A stretch of DNA of 64,000 nt from an uncultured delta proteobacterium (GCA_963843145.1 CAWJJC010000020.1:608001-672000), one strand, 5' to 3'; shown: positions 1 to 10,598, counted from the stretch's first letter. Made by a program: numbers and translations. Notes: generated by a model from the sequence alone, not told the origin.

Positions 1-477
1 CGACAGCAGGACAGGGTGTCCTCCCTTAGATCGGTATTGAGGAATTACCACGTCCAATGTATTATTAAAGACCTCGACTAGCCGGTCAAAAACCTCCCTC
101 TGGGGACCGGGAACATCTACGGGGAGGATAAAAGCGCCGGCCCAATCCTTTTTCAATAAGAAGGGGATGGCGCACTGAAGGGAAGAGAACTGTCCGAACT
201 CCGGGGTTTCGTTGACGACGACGGATACGGCCAGACCGGATTGGATGGACGTTTCATACCAGGCGTCCTGCAGCCAGGGAATCCGCTCAAAGTATCGCTC
301 CTGGTGATAACCCAGAACAATGACCGTCTCTTTGCCCGAGGCGGCTGCAAATCGGCTTACCTGTTCGAGCAGCCAGGGCCGCCCCTTAAAATCGACTATT
401 CCTTTGGGCTTTCCCATCCGGGAGGATTGGCCGCCGGCCAGGAGGATTAGAGGAAAGACTTGAACGGGGTTTATCAT
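1..477 (-). CDS. MobA/MocA-like nucleotidyltransferase (partial, runs off the left edge)
   Basis: Not in the ORF track. Manual minus-strand translation from ATG at 477 gives MINPVQVFPLILLAGGQSSRMGKPKG...PVDVP...GGHPVLLS, open to base 1. LAGGxSxRMGxPK and GHPV are motifs of the Moco nucleotidyltransferase family. Confidence 0.85.
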   Translation of the reverse strand, partial: MINPVQVFPLILLAGGQSSRMGKPKGIVDFKGRPWLLEQVSRFAAASGKETVIVLGYHQERYFERIPWLQDAWYETSIQSGLAVSVVVNETPEFGQFSSLQCAIPFLLKKDWAGAFILPVDVPGPQREVFDRLVEVFNNTLDVVIPQYRSKGGHPVLLS

Positions 478-506
478 AAACTATCCGGACCGGCGCCACC
501 TCAATT

Positions 507-1016
507 TCAGGCGCCAGTCGTCGGTGAACCGTCATTGTGACGATAACTTCCTCCGGCTTGCTCTATTTCCTGAAGAACCCGTTCCAACATCTCGGCTACC
601 CGGCCTCGGATCGTCGGGGTCAGTTCGTCGGACCAAGGGGAATAATCCTCGGGCTCGATGCCCAACACCACCGTTTCGGGTCGGTTGCCCACCAATTCGC
701 AGCAGGCCAGGGTTTCCAGAAGGTCCGTTTGGTGAAGAGAATACTTAAAAGCCACACTCTTGCGGACTTCTTCGCCGGTCAGGCGATAAAACGTTCCCGG
801 AGACTGGCCGTTTAGTACGGCATCCACCACGATTAACAAATCCGAAGAGCTTATGGCGTCCATCAGTTTAATCCCCAAAGTCCCCCCGTCCATGAGGGAC
901 ACATTCGGAGAAAAAGAATAGTCGCTCTGGAGCCGCTCCACCACCCGCACGCCGACTCCCTCATCGCGCAGCAGAATATTCCCCACCCCTAATACCAGTA
1001 TTCGTTTCTCCGGCAT
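507..1016 (-). CDS. [NiFe] hydrogenase maturation endopeptidase (HyaD/HybD family)
   Basis: LVLGVGNILLRDEGVG motif, DGGT and the SLHQ metal ligand; lies directly downstream of the large subunit. Confidence 0.95.
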   Translation of the reverse strand: MPEKRILVLGVGNILLRDEGVGVRVVERLQSDYSFSPNVSLMDGGTLGIKLMDAISSSDLLIVVDAVLNGQSPGTFYRLTGEEVRKSVAFKYSLHQTDLLETLACCELVGNRPETVVLGIEPEDYSPWSDELTPTIRGRVAEMLERVLQEIEQAGGSYRHNDGSPTTGA

Positions 1017-1080
1017 TCAACTATCCTTAGAATCGCGTCTATTGAAAATTTCTTTGGAAAATCAGGGTCGGAACCAATCC

Positions 1081-1130
1081 TTCACCTCCGCCCTCTTCCT
1101 CCATCGAAGGAGGGAGAGGGCGGAGGTGAA
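1081..1130. terminator. Long GC-rich inverted repeat after the hydrogenase large-subunit gene
   Basis: TTCACCTCCGCCCTCTTCCTCC-atcgaa-GGAGGGAGAGGGCGGAGGTGAA, a near-perfect 22-bp stem next to the stop codon. Confidence 0.7.
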
Positions 1131-1133
1131 AGT

Positions 1134-2822
1134 CTAGGAAACTTTAAATTCGTACACTTCGTTGGTTTGAGGATCGATGATATGAACCCCACAGGCGATG
1201 CAGGGGTCGAAGGAATGGACCGTCCGCAATACTTCCACCGGGCGCTTGGGGTCCGCCACGGGGGTGCCGATCAAGGCCTCCTCCACCGGTCCCAGGCGAC
1301 CCAGGGCGCAGCGGGGTCCCAGATTCCAGGTTGAGGGAACAACCAACTGGAAATTTTCTATTTTTCCGTTCTTTACGGACATCCAGTGGCTCAGCGCTCC
1401 CCGGGGGGCCGTCACGAACCCGACACCCTCAGCATCTTTGGGCATCTTCCATTCCGTGTACAGCGTCGTGTCGCCCTTCTTAACATTGGCTTCCATCTGG
1501 TTTAACCAGGCTTCCGTCTTGCCGGCGATGACCGCGCATTCGATACCCCGAGCGGCAGTCCGGCCCAGGGTGGAAAACAGGGCTTCCGGCCCGACATTCA
1601 GATGTTTCAGGACAGTATCCACCAGTCCTTTGCATTCCGGTTGACCTTTGGCGTAAGCGACTAAAACCGTGGCCAAGGGCCCCGTTTCCATGGGTTTGTT
1701 ATGATAGCGGGGGGCCTTCATCCAGGAATAGCGGCTCTTATCGTTTAATTTGGTATATTTCGGCTTGGTTACGCCCTTAGAGGGTTTTCGGGCTTCCGTC
1801 CCCTCATACCAACTGAAGGCCACATGCTCCCGGATATCCGAAGGATCGAATTTCTGGACATTGGCCAGATCCCGTTTCATGATCGCCCCGGCCGGCAGCC
1901 AGCGGGTTTCCATATCGGTTTCGGTTTCCGGGAATTCCCCGAAGCTGAGAAAATTCGTACAGCCTCCGATGGCTCCCCAATTTTTATAAAATGAAGCCAC
2001 GGCCAGCAAGTCCGGAATGTAGACCTCATCGATGAACTGTTTGGTCTCCTTATAGAGGTCCCGGAATTCCTTGAGGCGTTCCGGGGTCAGGGCCTCATAA
2101 TTGGTGGCTCCACCCACTACGGTAAATTGGGTGTGGGGGTTCTTCCCCCCCATAACCGCCATCATGCGGGCGGCCTTGACCTGCAGCCGCAAGGCTTCCA
2201 GGTAATGGGCGGTAGCGATCAGGTTGACTTCCGGTGGCAGGACATAAGCCGGATGGCCGCCGAGGAAATAGGCGTTGGTAAAAATACCGAGCTGTCCATT
2301 GTCCACGAAGGCCTTTAACTTGGCCTGAACCGCCTGGAGGCCTTCGGCAGTGGTTTTGCGGTTGGGGGAAATATCGTTGGCCAATTTGGCGGCTTTGGAG
2401 GCGTCGGCCGTCAAGCCGCTGGTCACGTCCACCCAATCCAGCGCATGCAGGTGGTAAAAATGAACGATATGGTCGTGCATGAACTGGCTGGCTAATACCA
2501 AGTTACGCATCAATCGGGCGTTATCGGGGATCTTGACCCCCACGGCGTTGTCGACGCACCGGGTGGCGGCCAGGGCATGCACGTAGGTGCAGACCCCGCA
2601 GGCTCGCTGGGTAATATGCTGGGCGTCCCGTGGATCACGCCCTTTTAAAATAATTTCAAGGCCCCGGAAAAGCTGGGAACTGGACCAGGCATTGTGGACC
2701 TTTCCATTTTTCACCTCCACTTCGATCCGCAGGTGTCCTTCAATCCGGGTAATGGGGTCGATGACGATGGACCCGGAATATCCGCCCCCGACAGGGGCAG
2801 CGGGTGTTTTCTGTTCGGCCAT
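1134..2822 (-). CDS. Periplasmic [NiFe] hydrogenase large subunit (group 1, Desulfovibrio Hyn type)
   Basis: DPITRIEGHL; L1 motif QRACGVCTYVH; L2 motif SFDPCIACGVH followed by a cleavable C-terminal tail; Cys rather than Sec. Confidence 0.97.
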   Translation of the reverse strand: MAEQKTPAAPVGGGYSGSIVIDPITRIEGHLRIEVEVKNGKVHNAWSSSQLFRGLEIILKGRDPRDAQHITQRACGVCTYVHALAATRCVDNAVGVKIPDNARLMRNLVLASQFMHDHIVHFYHLHALDWVDVTSGLTADASKAAKLANDISPNRKTTAEGLQAVQAKLKAFVDNGQLGIFTNAYFLGGHPAYVLPPEVNLIATAHYLEALRLQVKAARMMAVMGGKNPHTQFTVVGGATNYEALTPERLKEFRDLYKETKQFIDEVYIPDLLAVASFYKNWGAIGGCTNFLSFGEFPETETDMETRWLPAGAIMKRDLANVQKFDPSDIREHVAFSWYEGTEARKPSKGVTKPKYTKLNDKSRYSWMKAPRYHNKPMETGPLATVLVAYAKGQPECKGLVDTVLKHLNVGPEALFSTLGRTAARGIECAVIAGKTEAWLNQMEANVKKGDTTLYTEWKMPKDAEGVGFVTAPRGALSHWMSVKNGKIENFQLVVPSTWNLGPRCALGRLGPVEEALIGTPVADPKRPVEVLRTVHSFDPCIACGVHIIDPQTNEVYEFKVS

Positions 2823-2874
2823 TATAATATCCTCCTTAGATACATTAATAAAATAAAGGGGCAGCTAGATCGAC

Positions 2875-3828
2875 TTAGCGTTGAACATAAAAGGGGCTCA
2901 TCTTGTCCCAGAAATCCGGTTCGCTGCAGCCGATGCAGGGATGTCCGGCCTGTACCGGCCAGTTGGTCTGGTTGAACTTAATTTTGGGGCAATTGTTGTA
3001 CGTGTCGGGTCCTTTACACCCCAATTGGTACAAGCACCAGCCTTTCTTGGCCTCTTCCGAACCGAAGGAGGGGGCATATTCCTGTTTGTCGAAGTGCGGC
3101 TGCCGTGGGCACTGGTCATGGACCGTTTCGCCGTAAAACATGACCGGACGGTTTAAAGCATCGAGCTTGGGCATCCCCTTGGTCAGTAAATGGACGACCG
3201 TCCCGACGAAATTATAGGGGTTGGGCGGACAGCCGGCGATATTGATGGCCTTGACGCCCAGCTTCTTCAGGGCGTCATTGACCCCTTTGGCCCCGGTAGG
3301 GTTGGGCTTGGCCGCCTGAACCCCGCCGAAGGTGGCGCAGGCCCCGATGGCGATCACCGCCTTGGCCTTGGGGGCGATTTCACTGCACATCTGAAACATG
3401 GTCTTTCCGGCGATTTTCCCGTAAAGGCCCCCATCCTTGGTGGGGATCGCTCCCTCAATGACGCAGATGTATCCTTCGGGAGATTTTATAGCCTTTTGCA
3501 GGGCGTCTTCGACCGCGTATCCGGCACCGGCCATTAAGGTTTCGTGGTAATCCAGGGAGATGGTGTCCAAAATCAATTCATCGATATAAGGATCGACGGT
3601 TCGCAGTACTGCTTCGGAGCAGCCGGTGCATTCGGCGTTGTGCAGGTAAACCACTGAAGGCCGCTTTTTGGCCGTCAAGGCAGCGGCGATCTCTTTGGCG
3701 AACGAGGCCTCCAAGCCCATCACCGCGGCGACTGTTCCGCAAAATTTTAAGAAATCCCTTCGTGAGATCCCCCGGTTTCGAAGTCTTTCTTCGGCATTTG
3801 GTTTGGCCAATCCAATTTCAAACTTCAT
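2875..3828 (-). CDS. [NiFe] hydrogenase small subunit with Tat signal
   Basis: SRRDFLKFC twin-arginine leader, [33 protein letters not shown]. Confidence 0.97.
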   Translation of the reverse strand: MKFEIGLAKPNAEERLRNRGISRRDFLKFCGTVAAVMGLEASFAKEIAAALTAKKRPSVVYLHNAECTGCSEAVLRTVDPYIDELILDTISLDYHETLMAGAGYAVEDALQKAIKSPEGYICVIEGAIPTKDGGLYGKIAGKTMFQMCSEIAPKAKAVIAIGACATFGGVQAAKPNPTGAKGVNDALKKLGVKAINIAGCPPNPYNFVGTVVHLLTKGMPKLDALNRPVMFYGETVHDQCPRQPHFDKQEYAPSFGSEEAKKGWCLYQLGCKGPDTYNNCPKIKFNQTNWPVQAGHPCIGCSEPDFWDKMSPFYVQR

Positions 3829-4294
3829 ACATTGCCTCCTTTTGCAACATTTTTTACCAGTGCGTAATCAAATCGGTGTGAATGGCCTAATTAAGAAGTA
3901 GAACCTTTTCCCCATTATCCCCCCCTCATTACAAATTCTTGCCTCCTTCCCTCCCTAATGGATTTTTGGGATAATATTACGTTTTTATATAGGTTTTCAA
4001 CTTTTTTATTTATTATGGAAAGTATATTTATAAAAAACGACTCCGATCCATAAAAATCAACCACTTGGACCCCTGCTTCGGCGTACGGGTAGCCGAAAGT
4101 GCCCATTGAAGGATCGGTCTGAAGCGACCTGCGGGTTACATCCCAACCGATGGCCAAAAAAACCGCCATGGGTCAAGGCCTCCCCAGAATTAGTCGCGGT
4201 ATATCTTAATGGAAAAAAAATAGAGGGAAACTATGTCTGAGTTTCCAGACTGAGGGTCCTCTTCCGGGGTACCGAGGCCGGTTCAGCAATATCT

Positions 4295-4813
4295 TTAGAT
4301 AGATTGATCGGGTTGGTCCCCATTTCTTACCAGGCCGCTGAAAATTTTACGGAGTGTCTTATCGTCTATCTGGTCCAGCAGGAAATCATCCAATTCATCT
4401 TCAGGGTCCTCGCCTGAAGGCTTCGCTTCCGGCTCTGCTGCCGACTCAGCCAATTGGACGGGCAGGGTAGTGCCGTTTTCCTTGGCTACCCAGTTGTGAC
4501 GGTGGCTGAAATGATCCAGATATTTCTGGCATTCATCGTGGGCTCCGATATAAGAGATAAACAGCGTTTCCCCCCGGCGGAAACAGATCACCCGAAAACC
4601 CTCGCCCAGGTCGTATTTGAGGCAACCCTCGATCCGTTTTTCCCCCCAGCCGGTCAGCTTCCAGACTTTTTTTAAGTCGGGGGGTCCATTTTGGGTCAAG
4701 GCCTCTACAAGTTCCTCAGCCTTTTGGGCGGCCGTTGCCCCTTTTTCGCCTCTTTTCCGCAGGGCTTCCAGCTCTTTCTCAAATCTTCTTTCCAGATGTA
4801 TAAAACGGATCAT
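4295..4813 (-). CDS. Hypothetical protein with a RelE/ParE-like N-terminal fold and acidic C-terminus
   Basis: Likely start MIRFIHLERRFEKEL at 4813. KYDLGEGFRVIC...YIGAHDE resembles the RelE-superfamily core. Inference only. Confidence 0.5.
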   Translation of the reverse strand: MIRFIHLERRFEKELEALRKRGEKGATAAQKAEELVEALTQNGPPDLKKVWKLTGWGEKRIEGCLKYDLGEGFRVICFRRGETLFISYIGAHDECQKYLDHFSHRHNWVAKENGTTLPVQLAESAAEPEAKPSGEDPEDELDDFLLDQIDDKTLRKIFSGLVRNGDQPDQSI

Positions 4814-5079
4814 TCTACTAACCCCCCATGGCCCGAAGCGAGCAAGTCGCGAAAGCATGGAAATAACAGATCGATTAAAGTCGTTGAAGAATGGCAGACA
4901 TCCGGACGAAGCGAAGCGGACCCGTAGTCCAGGGCTAATTCAAGCCCCACAAGCTCTGGATACCGGGAGATCGAGTTCGGTATCGACGCGCAAAAGACAA
5001 GGGCCAAAAACTGGTACTGGATTTTATCTGCATACTAAACGGTCATTTCCTACGTAGCACTTTCTGGTTTTGACTGCAT

Positions 5080-6232
5080 CTAAACCCGGACTACTTCCAG
5101 AAAGGCTTCCACCCGGGTTTTCAACTGTTCCACATCCCAGAAGGAGTAATCGGTTTCCAAATGCAAAAGGGGAATTGGCCCGTTCTTCTTCCAAAAATTC
5201 TTGAAGCGGGTAGGCCTCCACGCTGTAGGTAAGGCAGCAGCGCCAGGTGAGGTCCACCACGCCCTGAACTTTAAAATCCTTGATCAGTCTGGCGATGAGG
5301 TCAAATCGGCCGATATTGGGGGTCAGGCAAGAGCAGGGGGTCTGGAGGTAATGCCGGGCGATAGCCCGGTACGGATTTTCATCCGTTTCGTCGATCAGAC
5401 GATCGAAGCTTTTAATGCCGGTGCAATTTTCCTGGCAGACCACTATCCCACCGGATTCCTCGATCAGGCGGAGCACTTTCTCCGACCCCTTGCCCACCGG
5501 GCAGCCGGTCAGAAGAATTCGGGGGGCCTCCGACGGAACGACGGAAATTCCCTGGTTCTTCAACAGAGTGAGTTCTGCCAACAATTGATCCAGATGTTCG
5601 CCGTAGGATACCAGGTCCACGGGAAACCCCTTGGATTCCATAACCGGCAACAGGTCCAGGCCGGTGATGGGAACGGACTCCTCGGCGCATTGGTAGACGA
5701 TTTCTTTTAGCCGCCGGCGGATTCGGTTGTTGATTTTGATCTGGTGGCGCAGGGCTTCCGGAACGATCTTGTTTCCCGTAGCCTCTTCCAGATATTCCTT
5801 TAAGCCTGTACATTTCTTCCAGCCAGTAAAGAGGGGCCACCGGTCGGCGGGAGTATAGGGAAGCTGCAACAGGAAGAAGGGCTTGATCCTTCCGAGCAGT
5901 TCAAACATCTTTTTCTTGCCGTCACAGGTGGTTTCCCCGATGAGAATATCCGAGGCGGCGAAATAGGGACAGGTGTCCGTCACGGCGTAGCCGTAGCTGG
6001 ACTTGATCAGGGGGCAGAGATTGATCGGCAGGGTTTTCTCCGCCTCGGCGATCGGGGTCTCTTGTTTGCCGCAAAGCCCCACCGGTATGGCCCCGGCGGC
6101 CCAGACCAACTCCGCCGGGGCAAAGGTGCAATAAATGCCCCCCACCTTCCTGCCGGACTTCCGGGCCTCATCCAACAGGAGAAGACTTTGTTCGCCGAAA
6201 CGTTGGAAATATTCCAAGGAGGAGTATTTCAT
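5080..6232 (-). CDS. Double-cubane-cluster reductase / 2-hydroxyacyl-CoA dehydratase family (YjiM-like), frameshifted in this assembly
   Basis: [49 protein letters not shown]. The conserved C-terminus [26 protein letters not shown] lies in another frame ending at TAG 5080-5082 (shift near 5180). There is also a short compensated shift near 5800-5845. Confidence 0.88.
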
Positions 6233-7003
6233 CGGGACTTTTCTTTTCCATAAAGGGCGGCTCCCAAAGCCCCGACTAAATCCGGTTTTTCAGGCACGAT
6301 CAGCGGCGTTTTAATTTCCTCTTCGATCAGCTTCCGCATGCAGGGGTTATGGGCCACCCCCCCGGCAAACATCAGGGGCGATTCCTTCCCCACCCGTCCC
6401 AGCATGGAAAGGGTTCGCTGGACGATGGCCAGGTGCAACCCCAGGGCGATGTTTTCCGGCCGCTCGCCCCGGGCCACCAGCGAGGTGGCTTCGCTTTCGG
6501 CGAAGACGGTGCACATGCTGCTGATTTTGATTCTCCGGTCGGCCCGTAAGGCGTAGTCCCCAAAAGATTCGATAGGAATCTGCAGGGCCGCGGCCATGAA
6601 TTCCAGGAACTTCCCCGTGCCGGCGGCGCAGCGGTCGTTCATCTCAAATTTAGCCACTTTCCCCTGATCGGAGAGGGAGATAACCTTGGTATCCTGCCCA
6701 CCGATATCCAAGATGCTCCGAGTTTCCGGGATAAAGGTAGTGGGCCCCGAGGGCATAAGCCTGAATCTCCGTAATGGTCGTGGTCGGGAAATCGCCGTTC
6801 AGGGAATCGGCCAGAAGCTTGCGGCCGTATCCGGTGGCCACGATCCGATCAAGGGGGATATCCTCTATGATTTTCCGACATTGGCCCAGGGGATCAAAGG
6901 TCGTCGACACCTTGGCCTCATGGATCCTCTGATCCCCTTGAAGGACCACCAGCTCGATGGACCGGGAACCGATGTCGATCCCGGCAATTATATTCTTATC
7001 CAT
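6229..7003 (-). CDS. ATP-dependent acyl-CoA dehydratase activase / DCCP reductase (HgdC/YjiL-like), split by a frameshift near 6745
   Basis: GIDIGSRS and ATGYGR in ORF 6650-7003; LDIGGQDTK, MNDRCAAGTG, SSMCTVFAESE, GGVA and GALGAAL in ORF 6229-6756. Confidence 0.92.
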
Positions 7004-8255
7004 TTAGAGCGAATAGCCACGATGGCGGCAACGATCAAACCCAAGATAGCCAGTCGAATTACTAGACCTGACTTTTTCGCTTTTTCACCTGCCCAAAAGG
7101 ACCTTTCGCGAGTCGTGGCTGCTTTGACCTCCTTTTGGAAACGTTTTTTTAGTCGGATCCGGTTGAGGTAGGTGATGGGAGCGCCTGAAACCTTTGCCTT
7201 GCCTGCCAGGGCGGCTTCCGGTTCATAAAGGAGATCGAGCACATGGCTCGTTGGGGTTCTCCTGTTGAGGTAGCCGGCGCAGCCGGCGCAACAGGTGATA
7301 ATCCTTTTTTGTTCCGCTTCTGTTTTTCGGAGCTCTCCCCATTTCTCTGAAAACGAGGCCGCCACGCGTCCCACGGCCCCCCCTTCTCCACAGCAAAGGG
7401 TTGTTTTGCCGCTGTGAGTCATCTCTTCAATCTCGAGACCTTCCCGGCGCACCAACTCCCGTAACGCCGCATGCACCTTTTCCTCGGAGCGAACCGCGCA
7501 CGGATCATGGATCCTCACTACGCCGCCTAGTTTCCGGCCCGAGTGGGTGCCCCGTCATCGGCCAGGATTTCGTATACCGTCTTGACCTGCAATTCGCCGC
7601 CGTAATTCAAGAAGATCTTGTGACAGTTTGGACAGGCCACTAGGACCCGCCGCACACCCTTTCCAAGAAGATAGGATTTCAGCTCATTGAACATGGACTG
7701 AAAGAATTTCTCCCGACCCAGGTCGTGGGAGATCTTGGTGCAGCAGTCGAGCACAATTCCCAAAGAGGGCATCTGCCTCTTCAGATCCTGATAGAGGGCG
7801 AAGGTCTTATCCGGCCGCGTGCCGGTCAGGGTGCAGCCGGGGAAAAAGACCGTGTCACAGCCTTCCGGCAGCCCATAAAAGCTGTATTTCTTTGAGGTCC
7901 CCCTTCTTTCGTAGGCCAGAAGTCCGCCATGCTCGGCAAAAGATCCGTTGCCTCGGTCCACGGTTTCACACCGCATTTGCAGAAACATGTCCGCGGGCGT
8001 TGCCCCGACAGGGCAGACGGCATGACAGAGCTGGCAAAGGCTGCATTCAAAAGGCAGCCCCTGGTAGCCCTGATCCGATGGGTCATAGGCATCCGCGATC
8101 TCTTTGGGCTTCCCATACTTACGCAGGAAGGCACACTCCTTTTGGCAAAGCTGGCAGTTGATGCAAGTCTCGGAGACCGCTCTCAGCGTATCGCGAAGTG
8201 ACTCCCGGACTTCAAGCCTCGAAACATCCCTGGGCTGAAGTTTCTCTTTTGCCAT
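6988..8255 (-). CDS. Fe-S oxidoreductase (2x[4Fe-4S] plus CCG domains, GlpC/HdrD-like), frameshifted near 7535, with a C-terminal TM stub
   Basis: CINCQLCQKEC, CSLCQLCHAVCP, FFPGC, DCC and ACPNC, then HDPC, LCCGEGG and TCCAGC in the next frame. Ends in a single hydrophobic helix overlapping the activase start. Confidence 0.85.
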
Positions 8256-8400
8256 TTACGTTGACTTCCTCCAAAAAAACCTCAACTCCGAAAAAGCAGA
8301 ATTTGCTTAGAGCGTAATCGCCGAATCCGCCCCCACCTGATCCAAAGCTTTATAGCGATCACGAAAGCAGGACAACGCAGCGGCTGCGACCAGCGTATTT

Positions 8401-8910
8401 TTAATTCCTGACCATTTCTACAAAGGCCTCCACCCGGGTCTTGAGCTGCTCCACGTCCTCCATACTGTAATCGGTTTCGATGGCCAGCATGGGGATTTGG
8501 GCTTTTTGCAGGGCCTTATCCACCTTGAAGGACTCGATGGTGTAGGGCTGGCAAAAATTAAGGGCGCAGGTGTTGCGGGGCAGGATCTTCTCGGCCGATT
8601 CGGTGCCGGCTTCGGCCCCGGCGCAGAGGCCTACCTGAACGGCATTGGCGGCCAGGACGATTTCTTCCGGCACGAAGACACAAAAGGTACCGATGATTTT
8701 TTTCCCTTGGGCCTTAGCGTCCTGGAGTTCCTTGATCCGCAGGCCATGGACTTCCGAAAGGACAAAATCCAGGTACTCCATACCCTTGAGCCGGCCGGAC
8801 TGGCTCATATAGATATCGCCGTAAAATTTCCCCAGGACCTCCAGCAGACCCGCGTGAGCCTCCAGGTCCAAATTCAATTTTTCCCACATTTCATCATGAG
8901 GTGTTGCCAT
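8401..8910 (-). pseudogene. Second double-cubane-cluster protein gene with a large in-frame internal deletion
   Basis: The long-type DCCP N-terminus (LNLDLEAH...VHGLRIKEL...GTFCVFVPEE...GLCAG...LPRNTCAL) is joined directly to the family C-terminus (NFCQPY...[20 protein letters not shown]). 169 aa, versus roughly 380-420 aa expected. Confidence 0.8.
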
Positions 8911-8986
8911 ATCGTCTCCTTTGAAAATTTCATTACTGATAACCCCCGACCTTGTCAGGGGCTCCGAAAGCTAGACTTACGGTGGT

Positions 8987-9196
8987 CTAGGGCTTAACCG
9001 GCAGGACGTGAACCGCTTTGATGATCAGTTGCACCTCATCTCCGATCTTTAAGTCGAGGCTTTCAACGGATTCGGTGGTTAAGACCGACGCCATTTCAGA
9101 CGGCTTGATGACCTCATATTTCACCAGAGCCATGACGTCCCCCTTTTTGATGGATTTAACCTTAGCCGTAATCTTGTTTCGCGCTCCGTATTCCAT
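8987..9196 (-). CDS. Stand-alone TOBE/Mop (molbindin-like) protein
   Basis: 69 aa; GARNKITAKV...SVLTTESVESLDLKIGDEV...IKA is the Mop/TOBE signature. Confidence 0.92.
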   Translation of the reverse strand: MEYGARNKITAKVKSIKKGDVMALVKYEVIKPSEMASVLTTESVESLDLKIGDEVQLIIKAVHVLPVKP

Positions 9197-9208
9197 GTGG
9201 TTCCCCTT

Positions 9209-9898
9209 TCATTTTAGGATTTTTTGAGACGGATTTTCCCCTAAACCATAAATCAGGATGAGAGCCCCCTGGCGAGGGAGTTTCTCGGCTTTTCCCTTAA
9301 AGTGGGAATTGGGTGATATCATCCTTTTAAAGGAACTTATGGCCGGGTAGGCAGCGTTGCTGGTGATCCCGATGGGGCAGCTTTCCAGGCAGGTGATGCA
9401 GCCGGTCTGCTCTTCCACCGCCCGCTGCCGGTTGCCGCCGAAGCGAATCCGGAAGCCCTTCCCGGAGGAATCTTCCAGGATATCATTTAGACCCAGGATT
9501 TTGTTTTGTCCCGGAATAACCACGGTTACCGTTAGGTCATCCCCCTGAACCGTTTCTCCGGAACTTCGGAGATTCAGGTTGTTTCCCGGCCTGGCGCCGA
9601 TCTGAAGCAGGGCATCGTGAAATTCCTGAGGCGTGCAGAACGCTTGGAGGATGGCTTTGTCTCTTAATTTCCCGCCCCGAAAAACGACCCCCCAGTGGGG
9701 GTTGGATTGGTTGAGGGATTTAGGATTAACCTCGGCATAGATTAGGACCCGCTTGTTTATCGAATCAACCTGGAGGGGTTCAACGCGGGAGGGGAGAGGG
9801 GACCTGTACCCGTCCGAGGCCGGGACGGGTCCCGTCCAGGAGAGGATCAGGGTTGCGACCACCCCGACCGTAAGGGCCGTCAAGCGATGCCAAGCCAT
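9209..9898 (-). CDS. YdjY-domain exported protein
   Basis: Signal peptide, HWGVV...G, GAxPGNN, FGGN and GCITCLESCPIGITSN, as in E. coli YdjY-like proteins. Confidence 0.8.
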   Translation of the reverse strand: MAWHRLTALTVGVVATLILSWTGPVPASDGYRSPLPSRVEPLQVDSINKRVLIYAEVNPKSLNQSNPHWGVVFRGGKLRDKAILQAFCTPQEFHDALLQIGARPGNNLNLRSSGETVQGDDLTVTVVIPGQNKILGLNDILEDSSGKGFRIRFGGNRQRAVEEQTGCITCLESCPIGITSNAAYPAISSFKRMISPNSHFKGKAEKLPRQGALILIYGLGENPSQKILK

Positions 9899-10008
9899 GA
9901 CCGGAGGAGCCTCTTGCGCGGCAGAAGGATGGTTAGGTTGTCAGTTTTTTGCGACGACATATTTATTTATAGTGATACGAATTTAAGCTTTCCAAGCCCT
10001 TTGCTCAT

Positions 10009-10041
10009 AGACCGACTCGGTCTTGGAGACTGAGTCGGTCT
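10009..10041. terminator. Stem-loop after the rhodanese gene
   Basis: AGACCGACTCGGTC-ttgga-GACTGAGTCGGTCT. Confidence 0.55.
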
Positions 10042-10069
10042 CAACCTGGCGGACAAGAATACCGGCGTG

Positions 10070-10582
10070 TTATTTCACCTTGTCGACCGGATATCCCGCT
10101 TCATCCCAGGCCTTAATGCCGCCGGGGTAGCGATAAACGTTTTTATAGCCCAGCTTGACGGCCCACATGGCCCCATTGTGACTGCGGGTGCACTTGGTGA
10201 AGCCGCAGTAGATGACGATCAGCTTATCCTTGTCCGGGCCGAGAAGCTTTTCCAAGGCCGCTTTTTTCTGATCATCCAGGCCGGTCATTTCAGGGATGGG
10301 AAATTCCATTTGCACCGCCCCCGGAACGTGCTGCTTTTTAAAGCTGTCCTCGAAGGGCATGGTATCGACAATGGTCATGTTTTTCTTCTGGTCTATCCAA
10401 CTCTTCAGTTCCTCCGTGGAGACGATTTTGTAGCCGCCACGGGCCACTTCCTTGGCAAAGGTGACGGCGATCTTCTCCGTATCCATTTCCTTGGATCCCC
10501 AGGCGGCCAGAACCGGACTGGATAGTAGTAAAATTGAAACCAAGCCTATGAGACCCATCGTTATACCGCTTACTTTCTTCAT
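10070..10582 (-). CDS. Exported single-domain rhodanese (sulfurtransferase)
   Basis: Signal peptide, IVDTMP, HVPGA, active-site loop YCGFTKCTRS, YPGGIKAW. Confidence 0.92.
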   Translation of the reverse strand: MKKVSGITMGLIGLVSILLLSSPVLAAWGSKEMDTEKIAVTFAKEVARGGYKIVSTEELKSWIDQKKNMTIVDTMPFEDSFKKQHVPGAVQMEFPIPEMTGLDDQKKAALEKLLGPDKDKLIVIYCGFTKCTRSHNGAMWAVKLGYKNVYRYPGGIKAWDEAGYPVDKVK

Positions 10583-10598
10583 CTCTACTTTTTCCTCC

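Noticed and set aside
1134-1230. [NiFeSe] hydrogenase or Sec readthrough
   Set aside because: The L2 motif is DPCIACGVH with Cys codons, and a C-terminal extension and protease are present.
7515-7530. Stop-codon readthrough (TAG/TGA) in the Fe-S protein
   Set aside because: The downstream HDPC domain is in a different frame, so this is a frameshift rather than recoding.
8351-8362. ModE binding site in the TOBE-containing cluster
   Set aside because: Only one half-site (ATCGCTATA on the minus strand), with no correctly spaced partner.
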